DNA of 64,000 bases from Vicugna vicugna (taxonomy: Eukaryota). The notes beneath the pieces were generated by a model that searched no databases, was not told the origin of the DNA, and was given only the letters and a program-made list of their open reading frames with translations. Each line of letters opens with the position of its first letter. Position 1 is the stretch's first letter. Below, piece by piece: positions 24,832 to 37,970 of the stretch. Both the position numbers and the translations under genes were made by a program. Where the stretch lies: the NCBI GenBank assembly GCA_013265495.1, contig MU057521.1, forward strand, positions 868,001 through 932,000, read 5' to 3'.

Positions 24832-25844
24832 TTGAGAGTCAGATGGCAAAGTAATTTCCTGTGTAATTCATATACCTAAACATATAGTCTACTACTAAGT
24901 TTTCTCCAGGTTTTTAAAAAAAACATTGCTGAGGGACACCAGAAAAATAAAGACCTCAGGGTGTCAGAAATGCATGCATTCATTCAAGTTCAAGGTGTTC
25001 ATGTGAAAAGTTTCCCAAAGACGTGTCAGCCCAGGTCCCTGTGTTCTCAGCCTGCCGTGTGCATCTGCCTCTGTGCCCTGTACCCTCCCCATATCCAGGC
25101 AGTTTGTCTTCTTGACCCCTAGTCACCCCTGCCTTTTCTACTTTTCTTACCTAATCGTCATTCTCTTTCCTTTCCTGATTTCAGAGAAACCTCTAATACA
25201 TTCATTCACCCTGAGGTATAAGGGTCTACGGAGATTTACACAACCCACCCAGGAATATTTACATTTCACCTGAAAGCTAAGCTTTGAGCAAGAAGAGTTA
25301 AAATATAGAAATGGGAATCTCTCCAGCTCTTTCCCCCAAGCTGTGTTTTTATGCCTTGAAGTCAGATTCTGCCTGCACCTCTCCGATAACCTTAGAAATG
25401 TCTTTTCTGCAGTCTCTTTCCCTGGTCAGTTTCTTCCTCCTGCACTCCTCTCAGAAGCCCAGACCATACTCTCGCCCATCAGCTCTCTTGGCCAGAGCCC
25501 CGCGCCAAGTTAAGTTGTACACTGGGCACAGAAATGTCTCCAAGGCATCTTCTACTTCTGCCAAGGCCAATTTAGAAACAGAAGGCTGAAGCCAAATAGA
25601 AAAGTTGGGGGAGCACTCGTGGAGAACAGAGCTGGCCTAGGCCTGAAGGCAATTTATTACTAATCCAATGAGTGGCTCCAACTGAACAAGACCACATGGA
25701 CGCTGGCAAACAGCACAAGGAAAGTTCTATCCTCACTCAAGCCTGTAGCCTGTCCTAGAACAAAGGAGCAAAGGTTCCTTAAACATAAACACAGCTGACT
25801 CTCTGGAGAGAAAGACAGTCTCTCTTTTATATCTGCAAAACCAG

Positions 25845-25905
25845 AACCAGTGGTGGCTGGGCCTGGGAATCTGTATTTTAACAAGGCTCCCCAGGAGAGC
25901 TGATG
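25845..25905. mobile_element. MER5-like hAT fragment
   Basis: GGGCCTGGGAATCTGTATTTTAACAAG.CTCCCCAGG is the MER5A central motif. Confidence 0.6.
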
Positions 25906-26436
25906 GTCTAAATTAAAGTGATGACAAATAAAAAGCCAAAATAGGGGGTTTGTGTTTGATTTTGTTCTATGGTGTTATGCGTATCAACAGAAAAGAACGT
26001 GATATTTATCTTATTTGTTGGCTTATTTTTAAAAACAACAGGAAGATGCTGAGATAGGAGGCTGTGTTCAACAAGGCAGCCCCAAACGACCACAAAGGAC
26101 ATGTTGTTTCACAGTCAAAGAGTCACCAACTGTCAACAGTGACAAGTCCAATGAAAATATGTTCTGCAAATTTGGTTTCCTTTACTTTCGCCTGGTGCGT
26201 GGAAAACCCTTTTACCCAAGCTAAGTTAGGGGGCAGAAGACCCTTTTTGTCTCTGAAAGGGGGAGGTGTATGGGAAGTAAAACAGAAGGGAGGCTCCATG
26301 GATGTCTGCAACCTGGAGAGCAGGTGATAGGGACACCCTGGGATTCCACACATAACTGTTCTCAGATTTAGAGGAGAGGCTGACTGTGGGTCAGAGAAGC
26401 CATGACACTCTCCTGTGCAGAGTCAGCGTCAGCACC

Positions 26437-26789
26437 TGTCTCAGTCTGTCCGTGCTGTGATAACAAAGTATCCCAAACTAGGCAGATTAAAAACAACAGA
26501 AATGTATTTCTCATAGTTCTGGAGGCTGAAATTCTGAGATCAGGGTGCCAGCATGGTTGGGTGAGGGCCCTCTTCTAGATCACAGATTTCTTACAGCCCA
26601 CATGGTAGAAGGGGAGAAAGAGTTCTTTGGGTCCCTTTTATAAAGGCACTACTCCCATTCATGGGGGCTCCACCCTTACAACCTAATCACCTCTCACAGG
26701 CTCCACCTCCTAATTCCATCCCTTTTGGGGGTTAGGATTTCAGCACTTGAATTTGGAGGAAGGGTGATGCAAACATTCAGACTGTAGCA
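26437..26789 (-). mobile_element. MaLR solo LTR, MLT1A-like, perfect 5-bp TSD GCACC
   Basis: TGTCTCAGTC...AAACATTCAGACTGTAGCA. GCACC at 26432-26436 and 26790-26794. Confidence 0.93.
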
Positions 26790-26984
26790 GCACCCATCAT
26801 GGGGGTGAAAGGCCACACCTGTGAGGGACCAATCCACCTCATCTAAGAGCTGCTACCCTCCATCTCTCAGTCAGCTTCCTCCCCTTGGCTCCTCTTTCTC
26901 TTACACAGCCCTGGTTACTTTCTCTACCAATTTCCCATTCCTCCCAGTGCTCCAGTCTCAAAACCTTTGGGTTGATGAGATATG

Positions 26985-27170
26985 ATGAGAAGAGAAATTG
27001 ACCTGGGGTCTGAAAACCTGAGTCTGGATCCCAACACCATGACTTCTTGGCCATGTGACTTTGGGAAAGTCAATGACACTTTCTGGGGCTCTGTGCCTCA
27101 GTTTCTAATAACTACCTAATGCACCCCATCGGATGACTGTGGGACTCAGATGAGTGGCATTAAATGTACG
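26985..27170 (+). mobile_element. MIR SINE
   Basis: CCATGTGACTTTGGGAAAGTCA..CTCTGTGCCTCAGTTTC. Confidence 0.8.
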
Positions 27171-28205
27171 TTGAATATCTCCATGTACATATGATCTTCT
27201 TTTTGACATAACCTCTCTCTTGCCACCATATCTGATGGGTCACCAAGTCTTGATAATTTCGCTCTCCCATGCATTCTTGCTTTTCCATTTTCATTGCTAC
27301 CACTGCCTTCCTAACCTACTCATTCAAGTCGACCTGAACCAATAGCTGTTCGGTGTTATGGTATTAGCTTTTTAGCCTCTGGAGGCCTTCGAGGTTAGAG
27401 AGGATGAGGGCCATAAGTCTCCTCTCCCGCTGCCTTTCCACCAGGTGGCCTGTCACAATAAAAGCAAGTCTAGGGCTGAATTCTGACACACAGAGAGGCT
27501 TATCAGCCAGCAGGAGAGAACATCTGACAGCCTGGCTTGTAAGCCCATCAAAGTCCCAACTCTCCATCCTTTCACTCGAAGCAGATGTGACAAGAAGCTA
27601 GCAGCAAGATTCAGTTAATTGGTCAGATAACAGAATTCTCTTTAAGCAGATAGACACAGGATCTAGCGGAATTCTAAGACCTGGAGGCCATTCCAAAGGA
27701 CGCGAGCTGCTTATACTCTGCTCATGCGAAGGCAAGGATGCCTGACAACTTATCTAACCAATGCAACAATCATGACTCATTCCACCAACAAAAAAATAAC
27801 CTAACCCCCAGTATGCTCATTAATACACCTTCTGATGTTCACTGGAAATAAGTATAACTGAAGTGTTTGGTGTCGGCCTCTGGAATATAATAGAACTACC
27901 CCTAAATAACCTAAGAGTACTAGGAAACTTCAAATGTTAAATAACTATGCCTAGGAGAGCAATTAAACAAACTTAAATACACGTCATCATCACATTGGTT
28001 AAATGGAGTTCTTTTAAAATATGCATATATAGATAATATATCAATGCCATACAAAGACTTTCACTTCTCCTTGTCAAATCATCCTTCCTTCTTCTTTGAA
28101 CATATCCCACAAGTGTTACTGCCTCACTCTCCTTTCTCTGACCTCAAGTAAGTTCTGATTATCCGTAACAATCCTTTATCCCTTGTGTAATGCCATATTA
28201 CCTTT

Positions 28206-28510
28206 TCGTTCATTTATTCAGTGAACACTTGAACCCCTAACACAACCAAAAACCATGCAAGCCAGGAGGGGAAGAGTTAAGTAAAACAGTGCCCTGGAGC
28301 TCTCAGTCTAGCCCAGAGGCAGACATTGGAACTGACAATAATACAAGGCAGTGAGGTCAAGGACAGAGATGTGCACAGGTTGCAATGGAAACACAAAGGA
28401 GGCACTCACGAGGGAAAATGTCAGGGAGCTTCCTTCTGAAGGGGCATCATGATAGCTGATCCGTAAACAAAGAGGGGAGGGTTAGGCTGTGCACTCCAGG
28501 CAGAGAAGAC
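28206..28510 (-). mobile_element. L2 3' region
   Basis: TTCATTTATTCA..GCCCTGGAGCTCTCAGTCTAG..TCCAGGCAGAG. Confidence 0.7.
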
Positions 28511-28524
28511 CAAAAAATTCCACT

Positions 28525-28747
28525 AAACTCTTACCCTGTTTCTGGTACTCTTCTAGGTACATCACCTACATCAGTTCATCTACTCCTCATAACACTCAGA
28601 GCTGGAGAGTATTATTACCTCCATTGTACAGATGAAAAACCAAAGCTTAGAATACTTAAATCACTAACCTAAGGTCATACAGCTAGGAAGTGGCAGAGCT
28701 GGGACTGGAACCCAGGGCATTCTGACTCCTAAGGCATGACCTTATCC
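28525..28747 (-). mobile_element. MIR SINE
   Basis: TATTATTACCTCCATTGTACAGATGAAAAA..AAGGTCATACAGCTAGGAAGTGGCAGAGCTGGGA.TGGAACCCAGG. Confidence 0.88.
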
Positions 28748-29775
28748 TCCGATCAGGAACTGCATGCAAGCAATTAAGTGGGTCTGAAACTCAAGTTCCA
28801 GACAGAAGGTGTAATCAAGCGAGTGAGTCAAGTCAGCCAGAACACAAGTCTCTTTCTCATCTAGAGCCCAAGGACCTGAGTCAGTTACACTTCTCTCTCT
28901 CTCCCACAGCGTCAAACACACAGTAGGGGCTCAAAGAAGTCAGTGACTGGGTTTAGAGAGAAAGAGTTTCTGGAACAGACTGCTGCACCAGACATTGCCT
29001 GGTAGTGATCTGCCCCTTCTTTACAGTATAAGCTGGTTTCCCTTTAAAAACAGAGCTTCCAACGTGCCCAATACCAACAGATATCCGTGTGTCTTCCGTG
29101 TGGCACGCACTGTTACAGGCAGAAGGAGTCAGCAGGGAATAAAGCAGACAAGGTCTCTTCTGTTAGAGAGCTTAAAACAACCAACAACTAATTTGACTTC
29201 TCTGCTTCCTGAAAAATGCCAGGGAGATACCAACCAGGAGTCACGGTGGCTCTGACTGTGAGCATCCCAGAGGCGGGTCCTACCCCTGCAGTTCCAGCAC
29301 ATTGAGCCCGTGCTTAGGCCCCTCTGCCCACCACTGGTCCCTCGACCCCCAGAATCACTGCTAGGTCCCCCTCCTCAAGGGGCCCAGGACAGTCACTCAT
29401 CTAGCCACCAAGAGCTTGTCTGGAGTACAACCTCCGACTTTGTAAGCTGGCCCCAGCCAGGCGGCACCTGTTGATTCCGGCACTGGCCCCCGGGCTGCTG
29501 TGTGCTTTGGCCTAGAGCTCAGCCTTGGGCGAGGCAGTGGGATTTTTTCCCCTAAGAAGAAGGCACCTTTATTCAAACTCTGCTCTGCAGGAATGCCTGC
29601 AATGCCAAAAAAAAAAATAAAATAAAAAAAACAAAAAAACAAAACAACACCAGGAGGAGAAAATGATTCAAAACAGAGCATTTTGATGTGAAGTCTTTCT
29701 CACTCCAAAGCCCAAATGCTGAATGTGGAGACTAAGAACATCCCCCTAGGCTGTGGGTGAATAAAGGTGGGTCTG

Positions 29776-30335
29776 ACCTGCACCCCAATGTTCATAGCAG
29801 CACTATTCACAATAGCCAAGACATGGAAACAGCCTAAATGTCCATCAACAGATGACTGGATAAAGAAGATGTGATATATTTATGCAACAGAATACTATTC
29901 AGCCATAAAAAATGACAACATAACACCATTTGCAGCAACATAGATGTCCCTGGAGAATGTCATTCTAAGGGAAGTAAGCCAAAAAGAGAAATAAAAATAC
30001 CATATGAGATCACTCGTATGTGGAATGTGAAAAAAAAGAACATAAATACAAAACAGAAACAGACTCAGACATAGAATACAAACTTGGGGTTGCCAAGGGG
30101 GTGGGCGGGGTGGGAAGGGACAGACTGGGAGTTCAAAATTTGTAGATACTGACAGGCATATGTAGAACAGATAAATAAGATTAGACTGTATAGCACAAGA
30201 TCTTTTGGTAGCTCACAAAGAAAAACGTGTCAATGAATATATGTTCATGTATAACTGAAAAATTGTGCTGTACACTGGAATTTGACAGAACATTGTAAAA
30301 GGACTATAACTCAATTAAAAAATGTAAAAAAAAAA
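29776..30335 (+). mobile_element. 5'-truncated lineage-specific (camelid-like) LINE-1 with poly(A) and 13-bp TSD
   Basis: L1 ORF2-end motif CCCAATGTTCATAGCAGCACTATTCACAATAGCCAAGACATGGAAAC, G-rich 3' UTR and poly(A). AAAGGTGGGTCTG at 29763-29775 and 30336-30348. Confidence 0.95.
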
Positions 30336-30774
30336 AAAGGTGGGTCTGGGGCAGCCTGGAGGCTGGGTGTCCTCTCTCCCCCCAGGTGGGTGGCAGGACA
30401 AAGTGAGGAGAGATGGTGGACCAAGCACTCAGACAGAAGGCGGAGTGGAAGCAGACCACCCACATGGGGCCTTGCCCCTGTCAGAGGCTCCCTACCAGGG
30501 TGTCTAGCAGAGGAGTGGTGCATCTGCCCTACCAGCATCTCCTGGCCTCAGCCCTGAGACCCGGCTTCCAGATCCTCCCTGGACCTTCTCTGTGGAGTCA
30601 TGTGAGGATGACTTGATCCCAAGCCCTGTGCTTGGACCAGACTCACTGGCAGGTCTGGAGCACAAGGTGCCTCCCTGGACCCAGAGCTGCTCAGGGTGCT
30701 TGTGACACCTTCCCCCGGGAACCTTCTCCCTCCTCCCCATCAGTGGGGTCTAAGGGCCCCCACAGCCTTAACCC

Positions 30775-30945
30775 CAGGCGCTGCAAACTTTCCATAGAAA
30801 GTCAGATAGTCAATATTTTGGGCCTTGTTGGCCTCATACAACTCTGTCCCATATTCCCTAGTTTTGGAGGGGGGTTCTTTATTTTTAATTATTTAAGTCT
30901 CATCCAGGCTATGGGCTGGATTTGTCCCACATCTGGCCAATGCCT
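30775..30945 (+). mobile_element. MER58-like hAT-Charlie MITE
   Basis: GCAAACTTTCCATAGAAAGTCAGATAGTCAATATTTTGGGCCTTG..GGGCTGGATTTG matches MER58. Confidence 0.75.
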
Positions 30946-33900
30946 TTGAGATATCACCTCAGCCTTTCTCCAGTCCAGCGCAAGCGGGATGACGTCTCCT
31001 CGGGAGGTGTCCTGACACTCAAACAAGCTGCTCCCAGGCAGTGGCCCTAACTGGGCTCTGACCACGTCATGATCCAACAAGCAAACATCTAGGATCATAA
31101 TTCACCAAAAGAGAGTGGGATTTTTTGTTTTACAAAAAATAGAATTCCTTATCAAAACAGACATGCTTGGCAATTTAAAAAATAATGGTATTCAATAGCA
31201 ACCACCATGTTAATCTCAGTTTCCAGTCGCTGAGGACCTACTAAGTGTCATGTTCTGTGTCTCTCATGCATTTTCTGCTTTGATTCCTGCAGTTGCTGAG
31301 GTCACTGTGTCATTTGGGATTGACAAAATTGGCTTAATGCCTCTATCTTAAATTCTATGGGAAAGTCGAGATTCTGGCAAGTTCTCAGGCAAGTTCCAGC
31401 CACTGCTCAAGGCTCTTTAGGCTCTACATTTCCACCATCTCTCTCTGTTCCCTTGCACAGCTCTCCCCTCTCCCCAAGACCTGGAACACTGCTCTTCTCT
31501 CCGATTTTCTTCCGAATACACTCACCCAGCAGCTCTGTGTTGAAGCCGACTTCATTAAAGGTTTAAGACAATGGAGAGACCCGCCTTGAAGCAGCGCAGC
31601 GTCAAAACTGCCTGTAGCCATAAAACCCAGCTGAGCCACCCCGTTCTCCGAGCCTCGTGGCCGTCCCATCAAATATCAGGGGTTTCTCACTGGCCAGATT
31701 CCTCCTGAGCCTCCCTTCCTCGCGAGATGCTCTCTGCTGTGCTGTGATTCCCCTGGTAAGAGAAACCTAATTCGCCAGGATTTTACACAGTCACATGACT
31801 CTGTATTTTTCTACTTAACTTCCACCCTTTAGAGCAGCTGCTTGGGTGTCCTCTAGCCATAGTGGGACACACTTACTGACGCTGAAATGTCTGTACAGGG
31901 GCTGGAGCACACTTACTACGCCTTCCTCAGTCAGAAGGTGCGTGCCAAACTTCCCACCAGTTCGGGAAGCAGACCCTTCCATTTCCTGAGGAAGTTCTCC
32001 TGCAAACCGAAATTGAACACAATCATTGTCTTGCAGCCAGAAACCGTTAGCACAGAGCCCAGAGTCAGAAACGATCGCCTCCAAGTACCTGTATCTCTTC
32101 CTGCATAAAACATCTTCACTTACAAATTGGAGCACACACACACAAATAGTAGTGTCTCCTAACAGATATTTAGGGTGCCTTTCAGATGGTTCCTACCTCT
32201 TCATCTGCAGCAGAGCTTCACACAATTTCCCAACAGAAGAGCAGAACTTTCAAGGAAGCTCAGAACAGCTGCAGGAAGTGTGCAGAGATCATGTTCTTCT
32301 CACTCTGACTCAAGAAAGTGTGTCCACCAGTACGTGTCCTCACTCAAGAACAGGCTGGGCTCCACCTGGTCTGAAAGCTTCTTTGACCTTCTGGGCAGAT
32401 TAGCTCCTGGTCTTTATTTAGGACCATTTAACAACCAGTGCAAAGGCAGAGATCCCAACCATAACCAGTCTTTTTTTTTTTTTTTCTGAAAAGACAAATC
32501 TCTTTGCCTGGGTCATCACTTTCTAGCTTCTGTGTGAAAGTCTTACATTCAGAGAATCGCCAGAGTTTTGGCACCAGAGAAGGAGAGAGCCATCTGACTC
32601 CCCTTGCACTCCTTGGCCTGAATTTCTGGGGCCACTGTTACCATCCTTTGGGAGGCCTGATGCAAAGTTATTCCCTAGCGAATGAGAACCGTAGGAGGCA
32701 GGTAATAAGTTGGAATTTGTAATGGGAGGAAACAGGTGAGCATTCAAAACCCTTCCTTGAATAACCAAGCGCAGCTGTACAGCCCCGGTGCCAGGATACG
32801 TGGAAGGTGTTGTCTTGCAGTGGGAACCATGGTGTTTATATAGATTTCTCTGAGTGCTGTGCTTTCTTAGGTGGATGGTTCTTTGCTTGTGTCAAAGTTA
32901 TGTGTTTAAAAAGGCAACAGTTTTCCCAGAAGGGAAAGAAGAGAATAAATTTCCATGAGAAAGCAAGGGGCAGAGAGGACAGTTTCGGAAGAAATGATTT
33001 GGAGAAGCTAGATCCTCAGAGGCAGGTGTCTACAAATAATTGGTTTAGTACCTTGGCAACTAGCCAGGACAAAGCACAGCATTGCTTGGCGCACATGAGC
33101 GGTATGGTTTTTAGGTGACAGTTCCCAGAAGACCCACCGTATTTTTTGACAGTCAGGATCCCCGCAGTGTAGAGAGGAAGCATCTCCTTCCAGGAGCCCC
33201 TGGAGTTCTCAGAAATCAGCGTAGACTCATCTTCTGTTTTCTTTGATGAGCCTTGTCTGTGTGCTTTCTAGACCTAGCCAGGGCTGCTTCTGGAGTGGAC
33301 TCGCAGCTACAGGCAACAGCAAAAATAAGCTGATCCCATCTGCTGTGACCCTGGGGTACAAAAGGGCCCTCAGCAGTCAAGCATCAGCAAGGGGATAGGG
33401 AACTGTTATAATGTGTCACCCCTGCCACCCAGTGCAGCAACTTCCTCAATCAAAGGGAAACTAGCAAAGGGAAAAGATACTGTTCACAGACACGGTTCTG
33501 GAACATAGACTACCAATTTAACGTGTTTTTCCTTGGTGATCTAGGTGTTCACTTCACTTGTGAAATCTTATTATATGCATTTCCTTTCTCCTTGCTCATT
33601 AGACTGTACATGTGAAACAACTGCCTTATGTAGTCATCATCGCCGTGGGACAGGGTCCCGGGGGTAGTCTTGCCACGGCTATAGTAATAGCTCAGGCTGG
33701 TACACAGGTCGGAAGGGCAGAGGATGAGAGCATATTTCTATGGAACATCCAGAACATGCCGGGCTGGCACCTGATGAGCATGATGTCATTGAGTCCTCAG
33801 CACAAGCATCCCCCACCCCCAAATCCAGGCACAAGTGTGAAGACATCCAGGAACACAGACTATGCACACAGAATTCCAGCTGCTCTGTGGAAAAATTAAA

Positions 33901-34189
33901 AAGATGCACCTTTACTGAATTGACTGTAAAAGCAATTATCAGTCCCTCCATTCTCAGAAAGGTTATAATGGAGCAGGAGATATTTTGAAGGAAGAACAAT
34001 ATTTTGCAGACTTTCACGAGAAGAGTTTCCTTAAGTGATGTTTTGCAAGGGAGAATGTGGGGGCTGTGGACCAAATCACAATATGTTACTCTGACAACGA
34101 TGGCTACTCCTGCTACTTGCTGATAGCAGCTTGAAAAGCAGGAAGAGATGGCACCGACTTGAAAAGCATGACCTGAAATAAACCTGACT

Positions 34190-34430
34190 CACCTTAAGCT
34201 CTTATGATGTGCTCTGCACTACTTTCAGTGCTTTATATTATTAACTCATTTAACCTTCACAGAAACCCTATGAGACAAGTACCATTAGTAAGCTCTGTGT
34301 TATAAAGGAGGAAACTGAGGCACAGGGAGGGTTCGTCCGCTGTCAAATCCTAAGACCACTGAGCAGTGTAGCCAGGATTCAAACCCAGGCTGGCTGCAGG
34401 GTCTATGCCCTTCGCAATGGCGCTGCTTTG
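34190..34430 (-). mobile_element. MIR SINE
   Basis: TTAACTCATTTAACCTTCACAGAAACCCTATGAG..GAGGAAACTGAGGCACAG..GGATTCAAACCCAGGC. Confidence 0.88.
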
Positions 34431-34658
34431 CCGGTCTGCATAACTGAATAAGCAACTCCACCATGAAGAAATACAAAGCTCACTCGACGGGCCAAACCGA
34501 ATGAGAAAAGGCAGCTCCTGCCTTATTCACCATCTCTTGTCACAGCCAAGAAAACCTAGAGCGACTGCTGTCAGCACCAGGCGACAGACGAGACATATGT
34601 CTAATTAAAGCAAAAGAGTATCTTTTCAACTCAGCATACAATTCTCTTTGCAGGGCTC

Positions 34659-34998
34659 TGTGACATCAATTAAACAACAAGGCATTGGACGGACGTGGCC
34701 ATAAGGCTATGGCGGTCTGTGTAAGTAAGCCAAAACCTAAGCCTGTAAACGCCTCAAGGTTAAGAAATTGAAACCTGAGGACAACCAATCACAAAAAACT
34801 AGACTTTGAGCTGCAGCCAATCAACTATTTCCTCGCTTTGCTTCTGGGCCTTGGACGTATGTCTCTCCCCAGCTCCCATTGGTGGAGCGCTCCTAACCTC
34901 TTCCTATTTGGTGCTGGCCCGATTTGAATAGATTTTACTGAAAGAAAATTTTTTTAACTCTTAAAACTTTGAATATACCTCAGTTTATCTTTTTAACA
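34659..34998 (+). mobile_element. ERV1-class solo LTR (MER4-group, MER89/MER67-like; subfamily uncertain)
   Basis: TG...TTTTAACA termini, two CCAATCA boxes, CCTCAGTTTATCTTTTTAACA end. Near-TSD GCTC/GTTC (4 bp). Confidence 0.7.
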
Positions 34999-35524
34999 GT
35001 TCCAGATACATTTGGGCAAGGATTCAGAATTTAGAAGAAATGGCCAGAGGCGAAACAACTGTCAAAAGTAACTTGATCTTGCCTTCCACTCTACATGGCT
35101 TTGATTTTCCCTTTTCAGAGGAATAGGGGAGACACTCCTGAGGTCAAATGATTGAATAAACGTTGATGTTGTTTTCTCACCCTCCCTGGTCAAGGAGCCA
35201 ATGCCCGCATGAAGCACGGAGGGTCCTTAACAGCCCCCAGTGGCATCCTGTTGAGATTGGTTCCAGAAATGGAGTCTCCCTCCCCAGCCTCCATGCTAAC
35301 TGGGAGTCGGGGTGAGATGTGGAGAGGCGATAGGCAGTCAGACACACAGAGGGACTGGCTAACGTGTGCCCAGGGCAATTCCAGCGCATCCTCACTCCAC
35401 CGCCCTCGTGATATGGAATGATGCCCCCTCTTTCCTTCTAGAGCAGGGAAATGGGTTTGAGTGACCAGAGGCAGATCCCGGAGGAGGCAGGCCAAAGAGT
35501 CGCAGCTTTTCATTCCGTCCTTGT

Positions 35525-35863
35525 TGCTTATAGATGGAATGTTTGTGTTCCCCACTAAATTCATTTGTTGGAACCTAATCCCCAGAATGATGGTACTAGG
35601 AATTTGGGGGGTGATGAGGTCATAGGGTGGAGCCTCATAAATGGAATCAGTGCTCTTATAAAAGAGACTCCACAAAGCTCCCCTGTCGCTTCCGCCACGT
35701 GAAGACACAGTGAGAAGACTGACTGCCATCTATGAACCAGGAAACCAAGTCTGCCTGCGCCTTGATCTTGGACTTCCAGCCTCCAAAACTGTGAGAAATA
35801 AATGTTTGCTGTTTAAGCCACTGTCTCGGGTGTTTTTGTTCTAGTAGCCCGAATGGATTGACA
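35525..35863 (+). mobile_element. MaLR solo LTR, MLT1A-like
   Basis: AATGTTTGTGTTCCCC..AATTCAT.TGTTG..TTATAAAAGAGAC..CCTTGATCTTGGACTTCCAGCCTCCA..GTGAGAAATAAATG. Near-TSD CTTGT/CCTGT. Confidence 0.92.
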
Positions 35864-37350
35864 CCTGTCTTTTTCCTGCCTCTGAGTAGATGCAAACTTT
35901 CTACATAGGAAGCAGATGCATCCTTCCCACAGATGGGAAAGCAGTGGCTCAGGACAGTGGCCAGGGAGCTGTGGACGGAATCGCTGACTGGACCAGCAAG
36001 GGTGCAGCCCTACAGAGCCCCGGACACCCCTCCTTTTCTGCCAGCTCCCTCCTCTTCCTTCTTTCCCGCCGCCTCCTGCGGAGAAATTCCTACCACGTCA
36101 CATCTGGCCATGGTTACAGCACTGCTGCCCTAGTTAGTTTTATAACCACAGCCCCCAGTGTCTCTGCCTGGATGTCTGGAAGTCTTCAAGGGGCCCATAG
36201 GCTCTTGAGCAATGCCCAGCTTTGTCCAATGAGATCCCCACTGAAGGGAAGCCACAGAACCACTGAGCTGTCAATGGTCCCTTCCACTGGCTGCCACTGT
36301 CCCCAACATCCCCCACACGGGGGGTGAGGCTCTAAATCACCCACAGGACAACGATGTCTAAGGTCTGAGGACCACCCAAGTGAAAATACCTAGAACGCAG
36401 TTCAAACATGCAAAGCCCTGGACCTCCAGAAGTGGCCCCCCAGGAGCTGGTCTCAGAAATCTGAGTAAAAAGGCCACTACACTTGGAGAACCACTGGTCT
36501 CAATTCCACAGGGAGCCAGAGTAACAGTAATAGAGTGACCTGCTAACAGTGGTGGGAGCCAAGGGGATAGGACCCAAGACTGGGGAGGCCTGATAGAGAC
36601 AAGGAATCACCTCGTTTTGGGGCTCGGGGATTCCCACCCCTTCCCCCATGAGGAGCTTGGGGGCTTAGGGGCTTCTTCCTAAAGCCCCGGCCTGTTCTTC
36701 TTAAACCAGTTATTTGGTTTCATATTTTCTTATTATGGCATCAAGGACTGTCACCCACATCCTTCCATTCTAACCTCCTTAAAGAACGGGCTTTGTTGGT
36801 GTCCAGGACAGAACAGAGGCCTCAGAGGAATGTGCACTGTGGGTTCCATGAGTGGCATGACATGGTCACATTTACAAGAGGGTCCCTGCTGGACCCCCTT
36901 CAGATGGGTGCACGGGGTGAGACTCGGGGGTGGGATTTGAGTGACAGAGCTGCCGCAGAGATGGGGAGACGATCCATTGGGCATTGACTTCCTGGCTAGG
37001 AGATCAGATAGGGTCATGGAGCAGAAGCCCCTATAGTCCGATTAGGAGTGTCGCACTCCATGTGGCACCTCCCCCAAGAGCAAGAGTCAGATCAGGAGCA
37101 GCACTGGTCAAGATGCCCGTTAACACAGGTACAGAACCTGTGAAGAGGGGCAGTTACAACACTCAGCTCGGTCCTGGCTGTCTCTGCCCCATTCCTCATG
37201 CCCCCTGTCACCTCTCCAGGCCTTACCGTTAACTTCAAACTTGCAGAAGGTGGGTCCGGGCTCTATGGGAAGCATCAACGGTTGCCGTGTGCTCAGCTAC
37301 ATCTCTAAGGAAGTTCTGCCCTTCACAGGTACGTGCTTTCCTTAGCCCAT

Positions 37351-37605
37351 TGTAGCTGTGTCCTAGGACTGCCCCGACAAAATGTCACAAACTGGGGGGC
37401 TTAAAGCAACACAAATGTATCATCTCACAGCTCTGGAGGCCAGAGGTCTGAAATCCAGGTGGCAGCAGGGCTGGTTCCTTCTGCAGAGTCTGTTTTATGC
37501 CCCTCCACCAGCTTCTGGTGGTTGCTGGCGATCCAGGGCACTCCTCGGCTTGTAAAGGCATACTTCCCTCTCTGCCTGCATCTTCACATGGCCCACTTCC
37601 CTGTG
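37351..37605 (-). mobile_element. MaLR LTR 3' two-thirds, MLT1C-like
   Basis: CACAAACTGGGGGGCTTAAAGCAACA..CTCACAGCTCTGGAGGCCAGA..CAGCTTCTGGTGGTTGCTGGC..CATCTTCACATGGC. Confidence 0.88.
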
Positions 37606-37631
37606 TGGGAGGGAAGCACCTGCATCTGTGT

Positions 37632-37706
37632 AAAAGGAATGTTCAAGTCCTTTGGTATCTGCCAATGTGACCTTGTTGGGAAATAGGGTATTTGCAGATG
37701 AATCAA
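37632..37706 (+). mobile_element. MLT1C-like LTR 5' segment, opposite orientation to the adjacent LTR
   Basis: ATGTTCAAGTCC..AATGTGACCTTGTTGGGAAATAGGGTATTTGCAGATG aligns with the + strand 5' part of the MLT1C copy at about 62160-62235. Confidence 0.75.
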
Positions 37707-37867
37707 CACCTAGATAACTAGGAAAGGGATCCAGAGTGCCTCCCACACCCGGACCCAGAGACCTGCTTCAAGGCCATTTAACCTTCCTGAGCTGCAGCTT
37801 TCTCACTGCTGAAGGAAGGAGTTAAATTAGGTCATCTCTTCTGAGCCCAAAGGTCTTTGAATCTGGG

Positions 37868-37970
37868 TTTTTTTTTTAATTGAGTTCTAATTAACATACA
37901 ATATTGTATTAGTTTCAGGTGTACAACATAGTGATACAATATTTTTATATATTATGAAATGATCACCAAA
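37868..37970 (-). mobile_element. Short LINE-1 3' terminus
   Basis: Poly(T) then AATTGAG..AACATACAATATTGTATTAGTTTCAGGTGTACAACATAGTGAT. Confidence 0.85.

Noticed and set aside
29280..29560. CpG island/promoter
   Set aside because: GC-rich but short, with few CpGs. It does not look like an island.
33690..33830. Serine-protease-like words on the minus strand (LNDIMLIR..ALPTC and GDACAEDS)
   Set aside because: They are in different frames, in the wrong order for a trypsin fold, and the NDIML frame is flanked by stop codons. Judged coincidental.
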